A stretch of 64,000 bases of DNA from a virus. The stretch is taken from the IMG/VR virus record IMGVR_UViG_3300049434_000028, positions 1-64,000 of that record. One strand, given 5' to 3'. The notes beneath the pieces are model-generated. The model did no database searches and was not told where the DNA came from. It worked only from the letters and a program-made list of their open reading frames with translations. Both the position numbers and the translations under genes were made by a program. The stretch's first letter is position 1. Every line of letters begins with the position of its first letter. Below, piece by piece: positions 35,570-45,795 of the stretch.

Positions 35570-36806
35570 AGCTCACCGCCGCGGGCACCGGAGGAGTACG
35601 CAGTGGCGGGTCCAGGTACCGGGATGCCGGAGCCTGGGCACGCCAGCTCGCCGTGATTGTGGACCAGTACGTATCCGGCGCGGTCTGACGCAGGCTGGCC
35701 GGATTGGGCGCTACCTGCAGACCGTTGTTCACCACGACGCGAGGAGTCTCGGTCACCACGGACGGAGCCACACTGTGGTCGCCCAAACTGTCGCGGCCGA
35801 GTGTGAGTCCTACCTGGTACAGCGCCTGGGTGACGTGGTGCTCGGCCTTCTCGACGAACCAGTAGCCGCTGTAGTCCTGCCCGATACCCCGCAGCCGCAC
35901 GGCGCGGCCTGCGTGCACCCGGACGTCACCGCTGACAGTCGCGTTGGCGCTGATGTAGTGCCGGTTCAGCTCCTGCTCGCCGACCAGCAGAGCGTCCGCC
36001 TCGGAGACAGAGCGGGCCGCGAGCTTGCGGTACTCGGGGAGCTTGGCCGAGATCGCCCTAGGGCCGGACAGCGCAGCCTGCTGGCCCGTGGCGGTGGTGA
36101 ACAGCACGCCCGCCGTGTCGACCCCCTGCAGGACGCGCGTACGCTTCTTGGCGCCGTCAGCGAGCGTCTCGCCATGCACGACGGAGAAGGTGAGCACCGC
36201 AGCTCGGGCCAGGTCCGCGCTCGCCGGACCGAAATCGGTGAAGGTCAGCGCACCAGAGAAGCGGATCGCCCGGCTGTGGCAACGCACGTCGGTCGCGCTG
36301 GGGTACAGCGTCCACCCTGCGCGGCGTGCAGAGGACACCAGGAAGGCCCAGGCAGATTGGTTGAGCTGCTGCAGCAACGGCCAGGCGTAGGGATGCATCT
36401 CCAGCAGCGAGGAGAGCCCTGCTCGCCCGGCCAGGTCGCCCACCAGAGCGTCGATGCGGGTGTCCCGGTACTGGCCAGAACCAGGAGCGTTGAGGACGTC
36501 GGTGGGGCCGATGCAGACGACCTGCATGAGCCGCGTGGTACCCGCGCTCGCAGGCTGCTGCTCGACCGCGACGTGGTGCACCGTGCCGTAGTAGGTACCG
36601 CGGTTCGGATTGAGTCCGTAGTCGATCCGCACCGCGGTACCACGGGTGCACTGGGCGCGCAGCGTCTCGTCATAGACGTAGGTGATGACCGCGACCTCAT
36701 GCGCCCACTCGGCCTGCAGGATGCGCAGATCCAGAGCGTCCTGGGAAGGCTGTGGCGCACCGGCTCGCAGGAAAGGAAAGTAGACCTCGGCACAGAGCAG
36801 CGTCAC
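35562..36806 (-). CDS. baseplate hub (gp27/GpD-like)
   Basis: Q.NQS.W.FL...A, GD.RV..G..V.L.G.G..YSGYW.V....H. Confidence 0.8.
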   Translation of the reverse strand: MTLLCAEVYFPFLRAGAPQPSQDALDLRILQAEWAHEVAVITYVYDETLRAQCTRGTAVRIDYGLNPNRGTYYGTVHHVAVEQQPASAGTTRLMQVVCIGPTDVLNAPGSGQYRDTRIDALVGDLAGRAGLSSLLEMHPYAWPLLQQLNQSAWAFLVSSARRAGWTLYPSATDVRCHSRAIRFSGALTFTDFGPASADLARAAVLTFSVVHGETLADGAKKRTRVLQGVDTAGVLFTTATGQQAALSGPRAISAKLPEYRKLAARSVSEADALLVGEQELNRHYISANATVSGDVRVHAGRAVRLRGIGQDYSGYWFVEKAEHHVTQALYQVGLTLGRDSLGDHSVAPSVVTETPRVVVNNGLQVAPNPASLRQTAPDTYWSTITASWRAQAPASRYLDPPLRTPPVPAAVSYA

Positions 36807-37072
36807 GGGATCCTCAACACGGTTCCGGGCGGGATCGCATCCGGGTAAAGGATCTGAGGGTTGGCGTCGGCCAGGATCCACCACTTCTCGGCGTCGTTGT
36901 AGTACTTGTCCGCAAGATGCTGCAGGGTGTCGCCCTCCCGCGCGTGGATCTCACCCCTGGGTGTGGGAGTGCTGATCACCGGCCGGAACACCGTGGGAAC
37001 CCAGCTCCTGTCGGCCTTCTGGACGGACACGACCGGCTCACCCTCGTACCGGCTGCCCTGGTAGATCGTCAT
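36803..37072 (-). CDS. LysM/tail-X-like baseplate protein
   Basis: GSRY...EGDTLQHLADKYY.D...WWILADANP...PGTVLRIP. Confidence 0.88.
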   Translation of the reverse strand: MTIYQGSRYEGEPVVSVQKADRSWVPTVFRPVISTPTPRGEIHAREGDTLQHLADKYYNDAEKWWILADANPQILYPDAIPPGTVLRIP

Positions 37073-37899
37073 GAGACTGCCGTCGCATCGGTCGCAGGAG
37101 TGGGGTTCGCCAGACTCTTGTCCTCGAACTTCCCGCTCGCGTACTTGGCCAACTGGGAGAAGGTGATGGACGCAGTGGCGCGCATCGGAGTCATATTGGA
37201 CCCGAAGTGCGTGTAGTCCACGCCCATGCCCGCGATGAACCCGAACCAGGCCAACGGTTTGGCCAGCAGCACCCCTGACGTCCCGAACACCAGGTTCATC
37301 GGGATGCGCAGCATCGGACCCTGCCCACCGAGCGACGAGCCGGTGGTCCGGTAGATGCCGACGCAGCGTTCCAGCGCGGCGATGTCGGCGTAAACGCCTT
37401 GTGACAACGCTTTTGAGTCGCTACCCGTCAGCGAGAACACCTCGTAGGTGCGGTCGAACAGGAGGGAGAAGGTGACCGCCTGCATGCTGGAGATCAGGGC
37501 CTGCGCTTCCTTCTGACCCGTGGTCTGGGCCTCACTCGGGAGCACGTTGAGGTTGCTCTCGTAGGAGACCGAGATGACGCTGGGGTTGTAGAGGAAGTTG
37601 CACCGGTAAGGCTTCGCCTGCCCGGTCCCCTTCCAATAGCTCTTGTCCTGTTCCAAGTAGCCCCGGTACAACGGCCCGGACAGGCCGGTGTTGTTCCAGC
37701 TCATGATCCTGGCGTCGAAGGCGGGGTTCTCGTAGCCGAACTCCTTGCCGTCCGCGGCGGCCTTCATCTTGGCCGTAGTGCTGGACTTCTGATCGGCCAG
37801 ATTCTGCGCCGTAGCTACCGGCCCAATAATGGTCTTTTTCTTAGAGGCAGCGATCTTTTTCGCCTGCGTAGTAGTGGGGTCGAACGGGTTCCCTGCCAT
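37069..37899 (-). CDS. tube-initiator-like tail protein
   Basis: Start ATG 37899; FLYNPS.I, FSLLFDRTYE, YTHF...M.P.RA. Confidence 0.75.
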   Translation of the reverse strand: MAGNPFDPTTTQAKKIAASKKKTIIGPVATAQNLADQKSSTTAKMKAAADGKEFGYENPAFDARIMSWNNTGLSGPLYRGYLEQDKSYWKGTGQAKPYRCNFLYNPSVISVSYESNLNVLPSEAQTTGQKEAQALISSMQAVTFSLLFDRTYEVFSLTGSDSKALSQGVYADIAALERCVGIYRTTGSSLGGQGPMLRIPMNLVFGTSGVLLAKPLAWFGFIAGMGVDYTHFGSNMTPMRATASITFSQLAKYASGKFEDKSLANPTPATDATAVS

Positions 37900-40868
37900 C
37901 AGTCGCCACCCATCACTGCGGCGATGCGTGCATCGCTCTCCAACCTGCTGGCCACTGCCCCGACAAGCCGTTGCGCGTCGGCCACCGAACCGGATGCCAT
38001 CTGGATCGGCATACTCAGGTGCACGACGATGGAGCGAGCGCCCTGCACAGGCGCGGGAGTACCGCTCGTACCCTCCTTGCCGCGCCGCACGTAGTCGCGC
38101 ATGCGCTTCGCCGACGCAGCAGGAACGACCATCTCGCCGTGGTGGATCATCGCGAGCTGGTCGCCCTGGATGTTCCAGGCGCCTTCCTTGTACCAGTGCG
38201 GGCTCCGCGCCTGCCACTTGTTCCACGCGATGGCGGGCGTACCGTAGCGGCTCTTGATGTACTTCATGCCCGCGTCGATCTGGATGTGCGGGTCGGCCGA
38301 CTTCTTGTAGCCGTAGTCCTTCCACGTCGAGTTGAGGAACTGCGCGATGCCGTACGCCGTCGATACCGGGTTCTGCGCGGTGGACTTCCAACCGCTCTCG
38401 TGCTGCCACAGGGTGTCCAGCGAGGCCCACTGGTTGGCGCCCCAGCCGTAGGCCGCCATCCGCCCCTTCGCGTACGCACGCGGGTCACCGGACTGCGGGG
38501 TACTCCCCGCCTTGGCCGAGGAGACGCCAGCGGGGCTGGAGCCAAAGCTGCGAGGAGCGCTGCCGAGTGAAGGGCTGTACACGTCGACATCGTTGATGTC
38601 CTCCGACCACCCCTGGTAGGGCTTCCCCCATCGCCGGGTGATGTCGGAGATGCTCGCCTTGTCGATCCGGCCGTCGCGAACGAAGTCGTTCGTCCACACG
38701 TATCCACCGCCCGCGCTGAGCGCGACGTGGCCCTGCCCGCCGGTCCACCACACCGGAACGCCGGGCGGCGGGGTACCAGAGTGGCGCTTCCTCGTATGCG
38801 CCCAACCGATCGCAGCGGTCCCGTACTTGGACGGCACGCCCAACGCCATGCGTACGTCCATGAGGCACTTGTTGTGCCAGTTGGACGCGCCACTGCGGGA
38901 TTGCCGCTGCATCCACGAGAGCGCGGCTGCACCTCGACCCGTAGCCGACCCACTGTTCGAGCCCGTCAGCTTCCCCAGGGCACTGACGACCGCACTCCCG
39001 GAATTCCCTACGGCACCGACCTTTCCTACCTTCGACCCGGACCCCCCGCCCGGCGCCGCCATGTCGCCTACGCCGCCAAGAATGTCCTGCAGAGCGCTGT
39101 TTCCAGGGTCGCCAGGCGTGTTCGGTGTAGCGACCCGGTCCAAGCCCGCGGTTACCGCGTCGATCTCCTCCACCGATCCCGTGCCACCGCCACCACCGGG
39201 ACCGCCGTGCTCACCACCGAAGAATCCAAGAGCGCCGCCTACCAAGGCGCCGACGCCGCCGCCGATCGCGGTACCGATCCCAGGAGCGATCATCGTGCCG
39301 ATCATTGCCCCCGTACCGCCCATCTGGGCAGCACCAGTGACTACTCCACCGACCTTGTTCCTCGTCGCACTGCTGCCATCACCTGAGATCAGGCCGCCAG
39401 CAAGCGAACCGCCGAGGGCCGCCGCCGCGCCGATGCCAACGCCCTTCACCCGCGGAGACATCCCTATACGTGGGCGCGGCCCACCACCAGGTCCCCCGCC
39501 CGCGCCTCCTGCTCGGCCACCCATGATCCGGTTCATCGCGTACATGCCCGCGATACCGCCACCAAAGTTGCTCGCAGCACTCACTGCGCCCATGAGCGGT
39601 CCGGCCGCAGCCGCACCTGTGCCCATCACGCCGCCGAGGATCCCGCCCCCCGCGCCGAGCGCGGTGTTGAGGTTCCGGAACGCCGAGGCGGCTGCGTCGA
39701 CCTGCCGTCGGAGCTGAGGGAGCGCGCTGTCGGCCAGCTCCTGCTCAACCCCTGCCTTTGCCTGCGCCTTGCGCCGATCGGCGTCGAATACCGTGTCTCC
39801 GATCTGGCTCGCGCCCCCGCCTGTCTTGGACAGGGTGCTCGTCATCTTGCTCGAACTCGCACCACCCATCTTGCTGGCGGTCTCCCCGTAGCTGTAGATG
39901 AACTCCTGCGTGGATGCGTCGAGCCCGAGACTGCTCATCGTTGCGCGCATGTTGGAGCCCTCAGCGCGGCCCTCGTTCAACGCCTGAGCCGACGGCATCT
40001 TCCCGCCGTAGATCTTCTTCAGGAGCTGCTCGGCGATCTGCTCAGGAGTCTGCTTCACCCCCCCACTGCCGATCGTCTTGATGCCCATTGGCATCAGGTT
40101 GTAGTAGGCCTGCGGTGAGTAGAACCCGGTAGCCGCCGCTGCGCCCTGCTCATAGCTGCCGAGCAGGTTGCCAGCTCGTCCAGCGGATGCCTGCAGTTGC
40201 TGCGAAGCGCCGCTCATGCTAAGTCCCTGGCGCTCCCGAATGGTCTGCAGGCCAGCGAACGCGTCGGCCGAGCTGGTGTAGCCGGTCAGCCCACCCTGGC
40301 CAGGACCGCCGAACCAGGAGTGACGCGCCTGGCCCATGACCTGGTTGACGTTCCCCGAGCTGCCCCACGCGGTGAGCTGCGAGAGACGCTCGGCGTTGAC
40401 CCAGTTGTCGCGCTTGCTGTTGCCGTACGCAGCCAGCCCGCCGGTAACCGCCCCCGCCACCGCCCACTTCTGCCCCGTGCTCAACGAGAACCGAGAGTTG
40501 CCGCCGTTTGGAAGCGGCCCGCCGTCGTTGTCGCCGCCCGAGCCGCCTTGACCGCCACCGGTCATACCCGAACGACGTGCAGGTGCGGTGGCTGGCCGCG
40601 TGGAGAACGTCGAGTCCCCGCCATTCGCGCTGCCCCCGCCACCCGACCGACGGCCGCCGCCCATGCCCCCGCCGAGCGCGTCGAGCTTCGTGCCGTCGAT
40701 CTTCTTCAGCTCAGCGTTGAACTCTTTGACGTTCTTAACGAGCCGTTCCCATTGCTTGTTGAGGTTGTCCAGCGACTTCGTGTCGACCTTGAACCCAGCC
40801 GTCACCGTGCCAGCGCGGCCACCGCTGCTGCCCGCGCCGCGCCCTAGACCTGGCTGGTTCTCGGCCAC
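37899..40868 (-). CDS. tape measure protein with CHAP-like and lytic-transglycosylase domains
   Basis: G/A-rich helical body; KCL..VR...PVWWTGG.GHVA; LW.HESGW...AQNP.STAYGIAQFL...YIKSRYG. Confidence 0.88.
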   Translation of the reverse strand: MAENQPGLGRGAGSSGGRAGTVTAGFKVDTKSLDNLNKQWERLVKNVKEFNAELKKIDGTKLDALGGGMGGGRRSGGGGSANGGDSTFSTRPATAPARRSGMTGGGQGGSGGDNDGGPLPNGGNSRFSLSTGQKWAVAGAVTGGLAAYGNSKRDNWVNAERLSQLTAWGSSGNVNQVMGQARHSWFGGPGQGGLTGYTSSADAFAGLQTIRERQGLSMSGASQQLQASAGRAGNLLGSYEQGAAAATGFYSPQAYYNLMPMGIKTIGSGGVKQTPEQIAEQLLKKIYGGKMPSAQALNEGRAEGSNMRATMSSLGLDASTQEFIYSYGETASKMGGASSSKMTSTLSKTGGGASQIGDTVFDADRRKAQAKAGVEQELADSALPQLRRQVDAAASAFRNLNTALGAGGGILGGVMGTGAAAAGPLMGAVSAASNFGGGIAGMYAMNRIMGGRAGGAGGGPGGGPRPRIGMSPRVKGVGIGAAAALGGSLAGGLISGDGSSATRNKVGGVVTGAAQMGGTGAMIGTMIAPGIGTAIGGGVGALVGGALGFFGGEHGGPGGGGGTGSVEEIDAVTAGLDRVATPNTPGDPGNSALQDILGGVGDMAAPGGGSGSKVGKVGAVGNSGSAVVSALGKLTGSNSGSATGRGAAALSWMQRQSRSGASNWHNKCLMDVRMALGVPSKYGTAAIGWAHTRKRHSGTPPPGVPVWWTGGQGHVALSAGGGYVWTNDFVRDGRIDKASISDITRRWGKPYQGWSEDINDVDVYSPSLGSAPRSFGSSPAGVSSAKAGSTPQSGDPRAYAKGRMAAYGWGANQWASLDTLWQHESGWKSTAQNPVSTAYGIAQFLNSTWKDYGYKKSADPHIQIDAGMKYIKSRYGTPAIAWNKWQARSPHWYKEGAWNIQGDQLAMIHHGEMVVPAASAKRMRDYVRRGKEGTSGTPAPVQGARSIVVHLSMPIQMASGSVADAQRLVGAVASRLESDARIAAVMGGD

Positions 40869-41035
40869 TACGACTCCCTCTTCGTCATCCCTAGACGCTT
40901 AGCCACTACCTCGGTCCAGTACCGACGCTCCCGCACCGTCATCTTCCGAAGCTCCGTCAGATTCCATCCGCTGAAGTACTGCCCGATGTGTCCGTAGTCG
41001 ATGAAGACCTGCTGGTAACTGCTAGAAACCGCGAA
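40868..41035 (-). CDS. frameshift extension of the tail assembly chaperone
   Basis: Start-less +1 frame ...YQQVFIDYGHIGQYFSGWNLTELRKMTVRERRYW..., ending at the tape measure start. Confidence 0.75.
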   Translation of the reverse strand, partial: FAVSSSYQQVFIDYGHIGQYFSGWNLTELRKMTVRERRYWTEVVAKRLGMTKRES

Positions 41036-41930
41036 ACATGGTCGCCACGTCGATGACGAGCGGGAACTCGCGGTCGCACTCTGGGCACGCCTGCTTCACC
41101 TCATCCCACAGCGGTCCGGGCTGAGAGTCGGTCAGGAACTGCAGGAGTGCCTGCCGGTCGGCGGTACCCATCGACCGGATCGCCGCCATCGGCACAGGGT
41201 CGCCGTCGATGGTGAGGATGCAGCGCTTCAGCAGCATGGTGTTGATCTCTGCTGCAGTGCGCTGCGAGTTCTCCGCGGTGTACACCGATCGCTGAGTGCC
41301 ACCGTTGATCAAGTTGATCTCGACACTGCCGCCCTTGCGCAGCGGGACGAAGTAGGTGTGCCGCGCCGCGTCCAACGTGATGACGTCCCGGCCGTCCCGC
41401 AGCTTGACCACGAGCCCGTCGAGCTGGCGGACCTTGACGTCCTTGGTGAAGCTGTAGTCGACCTGGAACTCGTGCTTGCAGTCCAGCCTAGGGCAGGTCA
41501 GGTCGAGCCGCATGACGTCGCCGTAGGTGGCGATCCGAATCCCCTGCAACAGCATGTCCCGGTCACCGATGAGCAGATCGTCGAGCATCTCCTGCGTGCA
41601 CGGATGATCCCCGATCCGCTCGACGCACCGCACCAGCAGGGTGTTGATGAACTTGGTGAAGTCCCGCGTGACCGCGGGCCGCGACAGCTCCTCCTCATCC
41701 TCCCCGCACAGCTCGCGCACGCGGGCCTCCTTGATGACCCCCCCTTCGCTCAGGTACCCACCCGGCAACGTGACGGTGCCGTCGGGTGGGGCACTGATGA
41801 GGATCGGCTTGTCGTCCTCGTCCTCTCCTACGCCCATCGCCAGATTCCCGAGCATGTTCGCCATCTCGGGGTTGGTGCCAGGGTCGATCTCTATGCCGGT
41901 TACTAGCCCCTCAAGCTGATCCGCCGTCAC
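41022..41930 (-). CDS. tail assembly chaperone / T4 gp26-like hub assembly protein
   Basis: VTLPGG, VREL.G.DEE, LLIGDRD.LL..IR.ATYG, CP..C, QPGP, CPEC. Confidence 0.8.
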   Translation of the reverse strand: MTADQLEGLVTGIEIDPGTNPEMANMLGNLAMGVGEDEDDKPILISAPPDGTVTLPGGYLSEGGVIKEARVRELCGEDEEELSRPAVTRDFTKFINTLLVRCVERIGDHPCTQEMLDDLLIGDRDMLLQGIRIATYGDVMRLDLTCPRLDCKHEFQVDYSFTKDVKVRQLDGLVVKLRDGRDVITLDAARHTYFVPLRKGGSVEINLINGGTQRSVYTAENSQRTAAEINTMLLKRCILTIDGDPVPMAAIRSMGTADRQALLQFLTDSQPGPLWDEVKQACPECDREFPLVIDVATMFRGF

Positions 41931-41957
41931 TTCTGCTCCTAGTGCTCGTGTCGAGTG

Positions 41958-42536
41958 TTACTTGATCGTCGGTGCGTCTGAGGTGTACGGGTCGGCCGCG
42001 TAGCTCGGCTTCCATCCCTCGTGCTGGATGACCATCTGTTCCATGAGGATGCCGTTGCCACCGGCATCGAGGTCGCTAAAGCTGATGCTGCCCGGCCAGG
42101 CGTTGTAGACCTTGAACCGCAGCTTCACCGGCACCTTGTTGTTCAGGGTGTACGGGTGGGCGAGCACCGAGATGTCGATGTTCGACCGGAAGTCCTTGCC
42201 CTTCTTGGGCGCGTACGAGCCACCGCCCTGGATGACCGAGAAGATCTCGCGCACCCACTCGTACGCATGCGGGGTGTTCACCATGACGCCGCGGGACAGC
42301 GTGATCGGCGTGAACTCCGACTGCCCCGGCATCTTCTGGGGCGTCAGGTTGTAGCCACCCTGGCGATACGCGATGACCTGCGTCTCGACGTTCAGTCCGG
42401 CACAATTCATGAAGCCCAGCTCAATGAGCTTCCTGTTGCCACCGGCAGTGACGTGGTTGATGTTGACTATGAAGCGGAAGTTGCGCAGCGGATCGGTCGC
42501 GATCGAAGACCGCGAGTCCTTGACTGTCTCTGGCAT
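41958..42536 (-). CDS. tail tube protein (T4 gp19-like)
   Basis: DPLRNFRF, GF....GL, YRQGG, KMPGQ..F.PITLSRG, YNAWP, HEG. Confidence 0.93.
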   Translation of the reverse strand: MPETVKDSRSSIATDPLRNFRFIVNINHVTAGGNRKLIELGFMNCAGLNVETQVIAYRQGGYNLTPQKMPGQSEFTPITLSRGVMVNTPHAYEWVREIFSVIQGGGSYAPKKGKDFRSNIDISVLAHPYTLNNKVPVKLRFKVYNAWPGSISFSDLDAGGNGILMEQMVIQHEGWKPSYAADPYTSDAPTIK

Positions 42537-44083
42537 TAGACCTCCTCGTTGACGGTGGAGCCGGACTCGAACTGACCGATCTTCAAGACGATGAACTCGG
42601 CGGGAGTCTCCAGAGCCACGCCGACCTCGATGTGCACCTCGCCGTTGTTCACAGCGTTCTGCGCGTTGGTGTCCTCGTCGCACTTGACGTAGAACGCCTC
42701 CTCCGCAGTAGTTCCACGAAGAGCGCCGTCCTGCCACAGCTCCAGCAGAACGCGCGAGCAGACATCCTCCAACGAAGCCCAAAGCTGCTCGTCGTTGGAC
42801 TCGAACGCTGCGAATCGCGTGGCGTTGGTGAGCGCCATGCGCAGCGCGATCAGCGTGCGCCGAACGCTGACGTACTTGTCGATCTGATTGAGCTTTAGCG
42901 TGCGCGCACCAAAGATGCAGAGCCCGTTGCCGGGGACCGACTTGATGACGTTGACCTTGCCCATGTTGAGGGAGTCCATCTCAGACTCCAACGCCCGGTA
43001 CTCTAGGGCCACGACGCCGTTGAGGCGGTTGTTGATCCCCGCCGGAGCCTTGTGCGTCCCGCGCTGGGTATCCGTGGCGACGTACTGCCCGACGACCGCG
43101 CCGCCAGGCGGGATGAGTCGCGTGCTGCCCGGCACCGTGTTGCTCGGGTCGCTGATCGCGAGCTGCGGGTAGTACACCGCTGCGTAGCTGCTGCTTGTGT
43201 ACGCCGCCGCGGTGGTGATGAGCTGTGCAGGAGTCTGTGCAACGGCGCAGTCGACGACCAGGAAGCAGGTCCCGCGCGTCTCGCAGAAGGTGATCATTGC
43301 GTTGACCGTGGCCGTGTCGACAACGCCGGGGATATTGATCGTGAGGAAGTCGTCCACGAGCGCCAGCGTGGCCGCCGCGTTGTACAGCTCGCTACCGGCT
43401 CCGACGGTCGGGGCCGCACCATCCGCACCGGAGGTGAGCACCTCACCGCCAGCCGGGGACACCGCGGGGACGATCGTGCCCGCAACGTAGGTGGCGGAAC
43501 TCAGGTTGGTCAGCCTGATGTACACGCTACCGGTGGTGGGGGAGTTCAACAGCGCGGGCGCATACCGCCCATCGGTCGGGTCCATCGACAGGTCGGTCCA
43601 ACGCTCAACGATGAACTGGTCGCCGGAGCCACCCAGACGCACCGTCAGATTGAACCGGCCGGGGAGGCTCGACCCCACGTCGGAGATCTCGGTGTAGATC
43701 ACGTTGCCCCAGGCACCAGGGTTCAGCGCATCGACCCGCAACAGCGGCGCCGGGGTGCCCGCACGGTCGTTGTAGGTGCGCGTCGCCACGACCGCACCGG
43801 CACCGACTGCACGCACGATGTAGGCGGCTTGCCCGCCGTTGTTGTAGTACTGGAACACCGCGTGCGCCAGTGCCTGGTTGGCTCCGGCGAACCCGCCGTA
43901 GAGCTTCACGAACTGGCCCCACGAATTGATCAGCGTCGGCAGGCCGAGGATCGTGCCCGGCTGCACCGGTCCGCGGGTGGATACACCGACGAACGCGGCG
44001 ACGGTGATCGCAGGGAAGGAATCGGGCGTGGTCTGGAGGAGGGACTCCTCCACATACACGCCTGGGCGCTTGTATGTCGCCAT
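42536..44083 (-). CDS. tail sheath protein
   Basis: YKRPGVYVEE, AVYYP, HKAPAG, FGARTL, YVSVRR, FYVKCD, PAEFI. Confidence 0.96.
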   Translation of the reverse strand: MATYKRPGVYVEESLLQTTPDSFPAITVAAFVGVSTRGPVQPGTILGLPTLINSWGQFVKLYGGFAGANQALAHAVFQYYNNGGQAAYIVRAVGAGAVVATRTYNDRAGTPAPLLRVDALNPGAWGNVIYTEISDVGSSLPGRFNLTVRLGGSGDQFIVERWTDLSMDPTDGRYAPALLNSPTTGSVYIRLTNLSSATYVAGTIVPAVSPAGGEVLTSGADGAAPTVGAGSELYNAAATLALVDDFLTINIPGVVDTATVNAMITFCETRGTCFLVVDCAVAQTPAQLITTAAAYTSSSYAAVYYPQLAISDPSNTVPGSTRLIPPGGAVVGQYVATDTQRGTHKAPAGINNRLNGVVALEYRALESEMDSLNMGKVNVIKSVPGNGLCIFGARTLKLNQIDKYVSVRRTLIALRMALTNATRFAAFESNDEQLWASLEDVCSRVLLELWQDGALRGTTAEEAFYVKCDEDTNAQNAVNNGEVHIEVGVALETPAEFIVLKIGQFESGSTVNEEV

Positions 44084-44154
44084 CGGGTAGGTCTCCTAAA
44101 TCGCGAGGATGAGAACGTGGAGACCGAGTAGTAATCCGAGTGATTGTCCGTCAG

Positions 44155-44844
44155 CTAGAACCCGTGCACCACCAAGGAGCCACTCCCTCGGAACTTCACG
44201 ACGTTCGGGAGTTCGAGCAGGAAATCGAAGATCTCGATCGCGATGTCCGAGGTCGCAATGAAGCGGGACAGCTCGGCCGGGAAGTACTCCGACGACATCT
44301 GCACCGTCCACGCCTTGCGGAAGATGCGCTTGTTCGGGTCGCCGGGATCCGGCTGATCGGCCGACTGCGGACCGTTGATGAGATCGAGCCGACGGACGGA
44401 GTGGTCATCGCCTACCTCGTTCGTGCCCACCATGGGGACCGCGCCGAAGCGTTCCACCAACCTGGTGGTCATCATCGACGCCATGATCTGGCGGTCGTGC
44501 TGGACGAAGCGAGCAAAGCTCGTGATCTGGTAGGTGAACAGCAGCGGGATCGGCCACTCGGTCACGGCTCGGTCGTGCAGCACCCGTGTCGGCGGCATGT
44601 ACTCCTCGCCAGCCCTGAAGCGGTAGCTGCCGCGGGTCTCCCGCTCGGGGTCGCGGGCGATGTTGAGCAGGTCGATCGTGATGTAGGGGTACTCCCGGCG
44701 CTGCGCCTCCTGCTCCGGCAGCCGGAAGTAGACCTTGACCTCGCGCCCGACTGCGCCGGAGCTGCCGTCGCGCACCGTCATTCCCTGCAGGTACGACTTC
44801 AGCGCCGCGTCCTCACGAAGGATCAGGCCGTCGTTGGCGCTCAC
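44155..44844 (-). CDS. tail terminator / completion protein
   Basis: EDAALK..LQG.TV, V.FR.PE.E....YPYITIDL; immediately upstream of the sheath gene. Confidence 0.7.
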   Translation of the reverse strand: MSANDGLILREDAALKSYLQGMTVRDGSSGAVGREVKVYFRLPEQEAQRREYPYITIDLLNIARDPERETRGSYRFRAGEEYMPPTRVLHDRAVTEWPIPLLFTYQITSFARFVQHDRQIMASMMTTRLVERFGAVPMVGTNEVGDDHSVRRLDLINGPQSADQPDPGDPNKRIFRKAWTVQMSSEYFPAELSRFIATSDIAIEIFDFLLELPNVVKFRGSGSLVVHGF

Positions 44845-45209
44845 AATGCCCCCCAGATACGACGCGCGAGCGCGGCGCTGAACTCCTCGTTGTAGTGCTT
44901 CTGGTTGCGGGCCAGGGTGGCGCGCATCCAGCCCTTGGGAGCGCCTACCAGGGTGCCCCACTCCAGGTCGTACGCCTCGCGAGCGCTGAGCCCGGTGAGC
45001 ACACCGACCACTGCCTCGCCGCGATCCAGGTACAGCCCGATGTCCGAGCGCGTCTCGTCGCTCATCCCCGCGGCCTTGGCCGCCGCGTCCAGGTCGGCCA
45101 GCAGCGATCCGTGCGCGGCCTCGCCTGCGGCGTCCCAGATGAGCTTGCCGAGATCCACCTTGCGCTTCGCGAACGCCTGCAGCTCCGGCGAGCTGATGGA
45201 GAACCCCAT
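44841..45209 (-). CDS. neck/tail completion-like protein
   Basis: AAGGAGG SD; A.DLEWGT...P..WMR. Confidence 0.65.
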   Translation of the reverse strand: MGFSISSPELQAFAKRKVDLGKLIWDAAGEAAHGSLLADLDAAAKAAGMSDETRSDIGLYLDRGEAVVGVLTGLSAREAYDLEWGTLVGAPKGWMRATLARNQKHYNEEFSAALARRIWGAL

Positions 45210-45387
45210 GGCTCGGCAGACCTCCTTGCAAGCGTGCGGCGAAGTGGTGCGGCGTGACATCGACCCGGCGTGTGCGATCGACGTCAAAGCCACGCTAGCC
45301 CGTGCGCACAGCTCCGCGCGAGAGAGGTTCTACGCGAGCTTGTATGTACGCGGGGGCCCGGCTACCCCCAAGTCCGGAGGTAAAATC

Positions 45388-45795
45388 TCAGGCGCGCTTG
45401 CGCGGGTACGCGCGGACGACGGGCTCGCCCTTACGCCAGGCAGCTTCCTTATGCAAGCCAGGCTGCTGACTCGCGAGCTTGCCAACGGCGGCCCTGGCGT
45501 CGGGGGACATGTCGTCACGGTGATGCAGGAAGGGCATGCCGGTCTCCTTGTGCACGCCCTCGTAGAGCGCGGCGGCCACACCCTGACGCCGATGCTCGGG
45601 ATCCACGGCAACGTACTCCACGCCGACGTGACCTTTCTGCTCGGGAGTCATGAACCTCTGGCTGCGGTCGAACCGCATCGTGCCGATAACGTCACCGGTC
45701 TCCGGGTGCCGAGCCGTGGCCAGCTCACCGCCCCAGGGGTGCGGGCCCTCCATCGCGACCTGCCACTGCCTACCAAGGTTGTCGGAAGCGCTCAC
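45388..45795 (-). CDS. GNAT-family acetyltransferase-like protein
   Basis: VEYVAVDPEHRRQGVAAALY (acetyl-CoA-binding motif A). Confidence 0.8.
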   Translation of the reverse strand: MSASDNLGRQWQVAMEGPHPWGGELATARHPETGDVIGTMRFDRSQRFMTPEQKGHVGVEYVAVDPEHRRQGVAAALYEGVHKETGMPFLHHRDDMSPDARAAVGKLASQQPGLHKEAAWRKGEPVVRAYPRKRA

